Shown: one piece after another, positions 47,610 through 54,954 of the stretch
Numbering within the stretch: the stretch's first letter is position 1
How the letters are laid out: the number at the start of each line of letters is the position of its first letter
DNA from: Candidatus Avispirillum sp.
GTDB taxonomy: Bacteria; Bacillota; Clostridia; Oscillospirales; CAG-272
NCBI GenBank assembly: GCA_045636685.1
Contig: JAZTXZ010000109.1
Coordinates: 10,381 to 74,380 of the forward strand
Length of the DNA: 64,000 bases
Reading direction: 5' to 3'
The notes under the pieces: generated by a model
The model's database searches: none
What the model was told of the DNA's origin: nothing
What the model saw: only the letters and a program-made list of their open reading frames with translations
Translations under genes and position numbers: made by a program

Positions 47610-48419
47610 TCACTCACCCTTATCTTCTTTATGGCCATAATGACTGTAGCCATAACCATAGTTGCCATATCCGTAACCGTAACCGTATTTCTTTCCGTAT
47701 CTGCCATACTTACCGTATTTTCCGTACTTGCCATATCTGCCGTAGCGTCCGTATCCGCCGGATTTCGGATCAACGTCATTAAGTACAAGTCCTACGATTT
47801 TGGCATCCATCTGCTCCATGGTGGAGAGGCCGTGGCTGAGAGATTTTGTATCATCAGCGCGGCTTCTTACAACATAAAGGTAACCTGTTACAAGCTCGTT
47901 TATTACAACTGCATCGGTTACGATACCTATGGGGGGAAGGTCTATGAAAATAACATCAAAGTGCTGTTTCATAAACTCAATAAACTTGCCCATTCTTGCT
48001 CCCGCGAGAAGCTCTGCAGGATTAGGAGGAGTACCTCCCGCTGTTATAATAGACAAATTCTGATACTTTGTTTTCTTTACGTACTTATCTACGCCGCTGT
48101 CTGCACTTGCGAGAAGCTCACTGATACCCTCGCCCTTTTCTATTTCAAATATCTTATGAATAACGGAGCTGCGAAGGTCGCAATCAATAAGAAGCACTTT
48201 CTTTTCAAGCTGTGCGAAAGATACTGCAAGGTTTGAAATAAGAAGACTTTTTCCGCTATGTGCAAAGGTACTGGTTATACCATATACGGGACATTTTTCG
48301 CCCTTTGAGGTATAGAAAAGGTTGGTTCTGAGCATTTTAAATGCTTCATTGATAGCAAAGGAGGATGCCTCTGACAAAAGCTTTCCTTTATAGCTGCTTA
48401 CTACAGGTTCATTTGTCAT
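47610..48419 (-). CDS. cpsD: Bacterial tyrosine kinase (CpsD/YwqD type) with an expanded C-terminal Tyr cluster
   Basis: Walker A context TSTFAHSGKS, Walker A'-like LLIDCDLR, Walker B-like VIFIDLPP. The C-terminal 52 aa contain 15 Tyr. Confidence 0.9.
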   Translation of the reverse strand: MTNEPVVSSYKGKLLSEASSFAINEAFKMLRTNLFYTSKGEKCPVYGITSTFAHSGKSLLISNLAVSFAQLEKKVLLIDCDLRSSVIHKIFEIEKGEGISELLASADSGVDKYVKKTKYQNLSIITAGGTPPNPAELLAGARMGKFIEFMKQHFDVIFIDLPPIGIVTDAVVINELVTGYLYVVRSRADDTKSLSHGLSTMEQMDAKIVGLVLNDVDPKSGGYGRYGRYGKYGKYGKYGRYGKKYGYGYGYGNYGYGYSHYGHKEDKGE

Positions 48420-49159
48420 TTATTTTTGCTCCTTTCCCTTTTAAATCCGATACCGGCTGAGCTTTTTGCAGGCTGATCAACTATGATGGAAGGAATAAGG
48501 CCTACAACGGGATATCCGAACTTATCCTTAACATCTTCTTCCGTATAAATTGTATTATCAAGAACCTCTCTGAGGAAGAACACAAGAAAGGCTATAGCAA
48601 AGCCTATTATTCCGCCGATAAATGTATTGATGAGCAAGCTGGGAGAATCGGGCTCAACGGGCTTTCTCGGATGGTCCATCTGGGATACGTCACCCTTATT
48701 GATGATCTCGGGAATATCTGTGGGAATTATCTCATAAAACGCATTGGCAAGAGCATGTGCATCCTCGGGATTTTTATGACTTACAGATATATAAAACGCC
48801 TCTGTTCCCGAATATGTTCCTGCTGTTATGCTGCTCTTGAGCTTTGAAGCAGTTATATTAACGCCTGATGCCTCTGCTACCTTTTCCAAAAGTGACGTAC
48901 TGTTTTTTACAATTACGATAGATGATTCTGCAAGGCTTTTTGATGCGCTCATATCCTGCGAAGATACACTCGACATCTGATCTGACGTATTATTTACATA
49001 AAACTTTGCTGTTGAGGAATAGATAGGTGTTATCAAAAACATTGTTACCAGAGCAAACACAAGTGCAACGGCAACTCCGATTGCAAATATGAGTACTATC
49101 TTTCTTCTCAGAACAAAGAGAAGAGCCTGAAGGCTTGACTGGCTTTCATTTCTTTCCAC
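48416..49159 (-). CDS. cpsC: Wzz/CpsC-type chain-length determinant (BY-kinase transmembrane activator)
   Basis: 247 aa. Two TM helices flank a periplasmic-type domain. PIYSSTAKFYV motif. 4-nt overlap with the kinase gene. Confidence 0.85.
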   Translation of the reverse strand: MERNESQSSLQALLFVLRRKIVLIFAIGVAVALVFALVTMFLITPIYSSTAKFYVNNTSDQMSSVSSQDMSASKSLAESSIVIVKNSTSLLEKVAEASGVNITASKLKSSITAGTYSGTEAFYISVSHKNPEDAHALANAFYEIIPTDIPEIINKGDVSQMDHPRKPVEPDSPSLLINTFIGGIIGFAIAFLVFFLREVLDNTIYTEEDVKDKFGYPVVGLIPSIIVDQPAKSSAGIGFKRERSKNK

Positions 49160-49189
49160 TTAACCGTACTCCTTTTCATTTTTTGCTTT

Positions 49190-50284
49190 TCAGAGATATT
49201 TGGCAACTATTACCTTCATCTCTTCCATTTTTTTGTCCATATCACGAAGCAGAGCAAGCTGATTTCTTGCGCGGTCGCGGTTATGGAACGGATAATCTAT
49301 ATGGTAGTATACATCTCCGTTGAGATAATCTCCAAGAAAACGTATAGCTGTTTCGAGGGTCATAAGATATGCGCCCATAGGAAGACCCATGACCTCATCC
49401 TCCGTCATGGAAGCTCTGAGTTCGCCGAGAAATCCCTTCACAAAAACATCGAACTTCTCAAGATCAAGGCTGACCTTTGACAGATCTGTCTCATCTTCCA
49501 TTGCAGTTGATGCTCCGAAGCGGATAGCATCTCCGAAATCATAAAGAATGCTTCCGGGCATTACGATATCAAGATCGATAACACATATTCCCTCGTCGGT
49601 ATGCTTGTCCATAAGCACATTATTTATCTTCGTGTCATTATGGGTAACGCAAAGTCTGAACTTCCCGTCACGAATACCGTCTGTAATGTATGTACAAAGA
49701 GGCTCCTTGGAAAGCGCAAAGGCGATTTCCTCAGCAAGCTCCCCTGCTCTTCCCATTTTATCCTCGCTGACTGCCGCTTTGAACTGATCCATTCGGCTCT
49801 TTGAGTTGTGAAAATTGGGAATGGTTTCATAAAGGGTCTCTGCGGGATAGTCTGCAAGCTGGCTGGCAAATTTACCGAAAGCCACAGCACTCTTATAGAA
49901 AAGGTCACAGCTCTCGGGATAGTCATAAGATATAACATCGGGAATCTCAAGGAAAGCTCTCCAGTAGCATCCGTCAGGATCTACAAAATAATCTTTCCCA
50001 TCCTTTGTTCCTACAACTGTTCTGACCTCCCTGAGAGGGTCTCCACCTGCTTCTTCGACTTTTTTCGCAATATGAGAACAAACTCCCTTGATATTCGCCA
50101 TGAGCTTATCGGGCTCAGGGAATATCTCCGTATTGATCTTCTGGAGGATATAGCCGGGGTTTCCCACTCCGCAATCAATAAAAAAGGTATCGCTTATAAG
50201 TCCTGCATTACATCTTTTATATTCAACGGGAGGTGCGGCAAAATCAAATGCCGCACCCGCCATATCGAGATAACTTACTCCCAT
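49190..50284 (-). CDS. N-acetylhexosamine 1-kinase-like phosphotransferase (APH fold), paralog 2
   Basis: VTHNDTKINNVLMD, IDLDIVMPGSILYDFGDAIRFGAST and EDETDLSKV closely resemble my recollection of Bifidobacterium NahK/LnpB. Confidence 0.75.
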   Translation of the reverse strand: MGVSYLDMAGAAFDFAAPPVEYKRCNAGLISDTFFIDCGVGNPGYILQKINTEIFPEPDKLMANIKGVCSHIAKKVEEAGGDPLREVRTVVGTKDGKDYFVDPDGCYWRAFLEIPDVISYDYPESCDLFYKSAVAFGKFASQLADYPAETLYETIPNFHNSKSRMDQFKAAVSEDKMGRAGELAEEIAFALSKEPLCTYITDGIRDGKFRLCVTHNDTKINNVLMDKHTDEGICVIDLDIVMPGSILYDFGDAIRFGASTAMEDETDLSKVSLDLEKFDVFVKGFLGELRASMTEDEVMGLPMGAYLMTLETAIRFLGDYLNGDVYYHIDYPFHNRDRARNQLALLRDMDKKMEEMKVIVAKYL

Positions 50285-50320
50285 CTGATCTCCCCGGGCG
50301 TGTTGCCCTCACAATATGAA

Positions 50321-51427
50321 TTAGAGATACTTCTTTACGATTTCCTGCATCTGGGGCATCTTCTCATCCATGTCTGCGATGAGCTTGAGCTGGTTTCTTG
50401 CGCGGTCCTTATTCTGACCTTCATAGCGTGTATGGAAATATACGTCGCCGTTGAGGTAGTCGCCAAGGAAGCGGATACCTGTTTCAAGAGTCATAAGGTA
50501 TGCACCCATGGGGAGAGAAAGGATCTCATCCTCTGTCATTGAGTCGTGAAGCTCGCCGACAAATCCCTTTACGTATGTCTCGAACATTTCAAGATCCATA
50601 TATACCTTATCAAGGTCTGTTTCGTCCTCAGCAGCGCTGGATGCACCAAATCTGATAGCATCGCCGAAATCATAAAGAACAGAACCGGGCATTACTGTAT
50701 CAAGGTCGATAATGCAAACACCCTCACCTGTCTCAGCGTCCATGAGAACGTTATTGAGCTTTGTATCGTTATGTGTTACGCAGAGCTTGCAGCGTCCATC
50801 AGCAAGTCTGTCAAGAATATAAGAGCAAAGAGGCTCCTTGGAAAGTGCAAACTCGATCTCGGGACCCATCTCGCATGCGCGGCCCATCTTATCCTCAGCC
50901 ACAGCTGCCTTGAAGTCGTTCATACGGCTTACGGAGTTATGGAAGTTGGGAATAGTCTCATAAAGAGTCTCTGCGGGGTAGTCTGCAAGCTGGTTGAAGA
51001 ACTTACCGAATGCAACTGCGCTCTTATAGAAAAGCTCGGGGGAGTCGGGAGAGTTGTAGGATACAACATTATTGATCTCAAGGAATGATCTCCAGTAGCA
51101 TCCGTCAGGGTCTACAAAATAGTCTCCGCCATCCTTTGTGAAGATGATCTTTCTTACCTCACGATCAGGATTACCGCCTGCTGCCTCTACCTTTTTTGCA
51201 ACATGAGAGCAAACTCCCTTCATATTTGCCATAAGCTTTATGGGATCTTTGAAGATAGTTGTATTTACTCTCTGGAGAAGATAACGGGGATTTCCCTCTC
51301 CGCAGTCAACAAAGTAAGTGTCATTGATGTGTCCGATATCGCATCTTTCGTAGTTTACGGGTTCTGCGGCAAAAGCAAATGCTCTTCCTGCTTCCTCAAG
51401 ATATTTTACTGCCATTATAGCCTCCAA
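50321..51427 (-). CDS. N-acetylhexosamine 1-kinase-like phosphotransferase (APH fold), paralog 1
   Basis: VTHNDTKLNNVLMD, IDLDTVMPGSVLYDFGDAIRFGASS. Roughly 70% identical to the neighbouring paralog by eye. Confidence 0.75.
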   Translation of the reverse strand: MEAIMAVKYLEEAGRAFAFAAEPVNYERCDIGHINDTYFVDCGEGNPRYLLQRVNTTIFKDPIKLMANMKGVCSHVAKKVEAAGGNPDREVRKIIFTKDGGDYFVDPDGCYWRSFLEINNVVSYNSPDSPELFYKSAVAFGKFFNQLADYPAETLYETIPNFHNSVSRMNDFKAAVAEDKMGRACEMGPEIEFALSKEPLCSYILDRLADGRCKLCVTHNDTKLNNVLMDAETGEGVCIIDLDTVMPGSVLYDFGDAIRFGASSAAEDETDLDKVYMDLEMFETYVKGFVGELHDSMTEDEILSLPMGAYLMTLETGIRFLGDYLNGDVYFHTRYEGQNKDRARNQLKLIADMDEKMPQMQEIVKKYL

Positions 51428-51596
51428 ATAATAATAATTTTCAAATTTAAAACATCAAAACTGCAAAATAGACGCAGTTCGTCATGATATTACAGTTCAT
51501 ATTATTATACCCTTTATCCCCTTTTATGTCAAGGGCTTTGTACAAATTATATGAATATGCCCTCTCTTTATTTACAATCGGCACAAAATGAAATTC

Positions 51597-51625
51597 TTGA
51601 CATTAAAACTTGCAAGGTGTATAAT
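51597..51625 (+). promoter_or_regulatory. Consensus sigma-70 promoter of serC-serA
   Basis: TTGACA (51597-51602), 17-nt spacer, TATAAT (51620-51625). Confidence 0.65.
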
Positions 51626-51681
51626 CAATAATATCATTTTATGCATTTTCAACAACATGCATACAGAAAGGAACGACAACT

Positions 51682-52767
51682 ATGAACAGAGTATTCAATT
51701 TCTCAGCAGGTCCCTCCATGCTCCCCATGCCCGTGCTCGAAAAAGCGGCAGCGGAGCTCGTATGTTACGGCGACTCAGGAATGTCCGTAATGGAGATGAG
51801 CCATCGCTCACCTGTTTATGAAGAAATTATCACTGCGGCTGAAGCTGGCCTCAGAGCTCTGATGAATATACCCGATAATTACAAGGTACTCTTCATGCAG
51901 GGCGGAGCTTCCACACAGTTCGCATGTGTCCCCCTCAATCTTATGAAGAACGGCAAAGCAGATTACATTCTCTCAGGTCAGTTCTCCACCAAGGCTTATA
52001 AGGAGGCTCAGAAGTACGGCGACGTTGTAGCCGTAGCATCCTCCAAGGAGCAGAATTTCTCCGAGATCCCCGTAGTGACTCGCGAGTCCTTCCGCCCCGA
52101 CGCAGATTATGTTCACATCTGCTTCAACAACACAATTTACGGAACAAAGTACAACTACATCCCCGATACAGGCGATATCCCTCTCGTTGCGGATATGTCA
52201 TCCTGCATCATCTCCGAGCCTGTTGACGTTCCCAAGTTCGGCGTGATCTACGCAGGCGCCCAGAAGAACATGGCTCCCGCAGGCGTTACAGTTGTAATTG
52301 TACGCGAGGATCTTATCGGCAATGCACGTCCCGACACACCTGCAATGCTCGATTGGAAAAATATGGCCGACAACGGCTCTATGTACAACACACCTCCCTG
52401 CTACTCCATCTACATCGCAAAGCTTGTTTACGAGTGGATCGAGTCTCTCGGCGGTCTCGAAGCTATGAAGGCTCTCAACGAAAAGAAGGCTAAGCTTCTT
52501 TACGATTATCTTGATTCTCAGGATTATTACATCGCACCCGTAAAGAAGGAATTCCGCTCTATGATGAACGTTACATTCGTTACAGGTGATGCAGACCTCG
52601 ATAAGAAGTTTGCAAAAGAATCAGGCGAGGCAGGCCTCAAGAATCTTAAAGGCCACCGCTCCGTTGGCGGTATGCGCGCTTCCATCTACAATGCTATGCC
52701 CTACGAGGGTATTGAAGCACTTATTGCATTCATGAAAAAATTCGCAGAGGAAAATCCCAAGGCATAA
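51682..52767 (+). CDS. serC: Phosphoserine aminotransferase
   Basis: MNRVFNFSAGPSMLP N-terminus, 361 aa, typical SerC pattern. Confidence 0.95.
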   Translation: MNRVFNFSAGPSMLPMPVLEKAAAELVCYGDSGMSVMEMSHRSPVYEEIITAAEAGLRALMNIPDNYKVLFMQGGASTQFACVPLNLMKNGKADYILSGQFSTKAYKEAQKYGDVVAVASSKEQNFSEIPVVTRESFRPDADYVHICFNNTIYGTKYNYIPDTGDIPLVADMSSCIISEPVDVPKFGVIYAGAQKNMAPAGVTVVIVREDLIGNARPDTPAMLDWKNMADNGSMYNTPPCYSIYIAKLVYEWIESLGGLEAMKALNEKKAKLLYDYLDSQDYYIAPVKKEFRSMMNVTFVTGDADLDKKFAKESGEAGLKNLKGHRSVGGMRASIYNAMPYEGIEALIAFMKKFAEENPKA

Positions 52768-52791
52768 AACTAAAAAATCAGGTATACCACT

Positions 52792-53949
52792 ATGACAAAC
52801 ATTAAACTTCTCAATAAGATCGCTTCCTGCGGAACTGACATTTTCGCAAAGGACAAATATAACGTAGCAACCGATGCTGAGGGCGCTGAGGCCATTATGG
52901 TAAGAAGCGCTTCCATGCACGAAATGACATTCGAGCCCTCCCTCCAGGCAATCGCCAGAGCAGGTGCAGGCGTTAACAACATCCCCCTCGACAAGTGTGC
53001 TGAAGCAGGTATCGTAGTATTCAACACTCCCGGTGCTAATGCAAACGGCGTTAAGGAGCTTGCAATCGCAGCACTCCTTCTCGCTTCCCGTGATATCGTT
53101 GGCGGTATCAAGTGGGCAAACTCTCTTGAAACTGACGTTGCAAAGTCTGTAGAAAAGGGCAAGAGCTCCTTTGCAGGCTGTGAGATCAAGGGCAAGAAGC
53201 TGGGCGTTATCGGTCTCGGTGCTATCGGCGGTCTCGTTGCAAACGCGGCTGACGACCTCGGCATGAACGTTATCGGCTGCGACCCCTTCATGACAGTTAA
53301 CGCTGCATGGAATCTTGACCGCAACGTTCACTCTGCGGCAAGCTATGAGGAGATCTTCAAGACCTGTGATTACATCACACTTCACGTTCCCTCCACTCCC
53401 GAAACAAAGAACATGATCAATGCTGAGACCCTCAATCTTATGAAGGACGGCGTTCGCATCATCAACCTCTCCCGTGCAGACCTCGTTAATGCTGAGGACA
53501 TCAAGGCTGCTATCGAGGACGGCAAGGTTAAGAGCTACGTTACAGACTTCCCCACAGAGGCAACAATAAACTGCCCCGGAATCATCACAATCCCCCACCT
53601 CGGCGCATCTACTGCCGAGTCTGAGGATAACTGCGCTATCATGGCTGCAAATCAGCTCGTTGATTACCTTGAAAACGGTAATATCACAAACAGCGTAAAC
53701 TTCCCTGCAGTTTCAATGCCCCGCGATGCTGGAACAACAAGACTTGTTGTTCTCCATAAGAATCAGCCCGAGATGCTTTCCAAGGTTACAAGCGTTCTCT
53801 CCGCTGACGGAGTAAACATCGAGCACATGGCATCCCGCTCCAAGGGTAACTATGCTTGCGCACTCTTCGATTGCGCACAGGAGGTTACCGCCGCTCAGGT
53901 TGCCGACATCGAAGCTGTTGACGGAATAATCAGAGTTCTTGTTAAATAA
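52792..53949 (+). CDS. serA: D-3-phosphoglycerate dehydrogenase (with C-terminal ACT-like domain)
   Basis: NAD-binding GVIGLGAIGGLVA, 2-hydroxyacid dehydrogenase core, position after serC. Confidence 0.9.
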   Translation: MTNIKLLNKIASCGTDIFAKDKYNVATDAEGAEAIMVRSASMHEMTFEPSLQAIARAGAGVNNIPLDKCAEAGIVVFNTPGANANGVKELAIAALLLASRDIVGGIKWANSLETDVAKSVEKGKSSFAGCEIKGKKLGVIGLGAIGGLVANAADDLGMNVIGCDPFMTVNAAWNLDRNVHSAASYEEIFKTCDYITLHVPSTPETKNMINAETLNLMKDGVRIINLSRADLVNAEDIKAAIEDGKVKSYVTDFPTEATINCPGIITIPHLGASTAESEDNCAIMAANQLVDYLENGNITNSVNFPAVSMPRDAGTTRLVVLHKNQPEMLSKVTSVLSADGVNIEHMASRSKGNYACALFDCAQEVTAAQVADIEAVDGIIRVLVK

Positions 53950-53955
53950 ATGATA

Positions 53956-53989
53956 AAAAGGCAGGAGGGACTTCCATCCTGCCTTTTTT
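53956..53989 (+). terminator. Terminator after serA
   Basis: Stem aaggcagga / tcctgcctt plus T-run. Confidence 0.75.
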
Positions 53990-54002
53990 GAAAGGTATCT
54001 TT

Positions 54003-54638
54003 ATGAATATCTTATTTGAAGATAAATATCTTGTGATTGCACAAAAGCCTGCAGGAGTCCCCTCTCAGCCCGACCCTTCGGGAAGAGAGGACATGATAAC
54101 TCTCCTGAAAAAAGAATGCGGAGGAGAGATATTCTGTGTTCACAGGCTTGATACGGCCACAAGCGGAGTTATGGTCTATGCAAAGGATTCCAAAACCGCA
54201 GGAAGGCTCACGGCATCACTATCCGATGAGAAATCGATCAAGCAGTATTTATGCGTAGTTTATTCCGACGATGCCAAGAGCGGTACCATGCGCGATCTGC
54301 TTTTCCACGACAAGCATAAAAACAAAGCATATGTTGTTGAAAGAATGAGAGCAGGAGTCAAAGAAGCGCTTCTTGACTATGAAACCATAGCAAAAAAAGA
54401 AGGACTATCCCTTGTTATGGTCACATTACATACAGGAAGAACCCATCAGATACGAGTACAGTTTGCAAGCCGTAAGATGCCCCTTGTCGGAGACGGTAAA
54501 TACGGAGCAAAGGACAACTGTTCCCTCGCTCTCCACTGTTTTCACCTCGCCTTTCCTCATCCTATAACGAAAAAGCTTGTTGATACAGTGTGGCTCCCTC
54601 AGACGGGCTGGCATTCCTTTGAAATTAATAATTATTGA
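54003..54638 (+). CDS. RluA-family pseudouridine synthase
   Basis: HRLDTATSGVMVYAK catalytic Asp motif. Start set at ATG 54003, because the TTG at 53988 lies inside the serA terminator. Confidence 0.85.
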   Translation: MNILFEDKYLVIAQKPAGVPSQPDPSGREDMITLLKKECGGEIFCVHRLDTATSGVMVYAKDSKTAGRLTASLSDEKSIKQYLCVVYSDDAKSGTMRDLLFHDKHKNKAYVVERMRAGVKEALLDYETIAKKEGLSLVMVTLHTGRTHQIRVQFASRKMPLVGDGKYGAKDNCSLALHCFHLAFPHPITKKLVDTVWLPQTGWHSFEINNY

Positions 54639-54639
54639 A

Positions 54640-54668
54640 GAAATCCGCCGTGTGGCGGATTTCTTTAT
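54640..54668 (+). terminator. Terminator after the pseudouridine synthase gene
   Basis: Stem gaaatccgcc / ggcggatttc plus a T-rich tail. Confidence 0.7.
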
Positions 54669-54695
54669 CTATTATTTAAGCTTTATTCCTTATCT

Positions 54696-54891
54696 TTCAA
54701 ATTCGGTTTTTTCGGCAAGGTTAACCCGTAGAGGCGAATTCCATATCCGCCCGTTATCTGCAAGCGAACCAAACCAACATTTACCTATATTGTTGCGTTT
54801 GCAGCGGGTCGATCGTAGGAATGGAACATTCCTACAGACGTCGACCCCTACAAAATATCAATATCGTCTCCTCGATAAACCCGAATTTGAA
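54696..54891. repeat. REPIN/MITE-like element, copy 2 (196 bp, 15-bp TIRs, nested GTAG hairpin)
   Basis: TIRs TTCAAATTCGGTTTT / AAACCCGAATTTGAA. Core shared with 39510-39684. GTAGAGGCGAATTCCATATCCGCC at 54729, perfect hairpin GTAGGAATG-GAA-CATTCCTAC at 54815-54835, and ...GTCGACCCCTAC ending at 54851. Confidence 0.7.
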
Positions 54892-54916
54892 GGTTAAATA
54901 AAATCCAATTTTCATT

Positions 54917-54950
54917 TTAAAAGGCTGTCGCATCTGCGACAGCCTTTCTT
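54917..54950 (-). terminator. Terminator after the dockerin protein gene
   Basis: Stem aaggctgtcgca / tgcgacagcctt. Confidence 0.7.
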
Positions 54951-54954
54951 TATT

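Noticed and set aside
47620-47770. Short periodic DNA repeats that could be mistaken for a micro-CRISPR or satellite.
   Set aside because: The 6-9-nt periodicity is in frame within the BY-kinase gene and encodes its YG(K/R) tail. There are no spacer-like unique segments.
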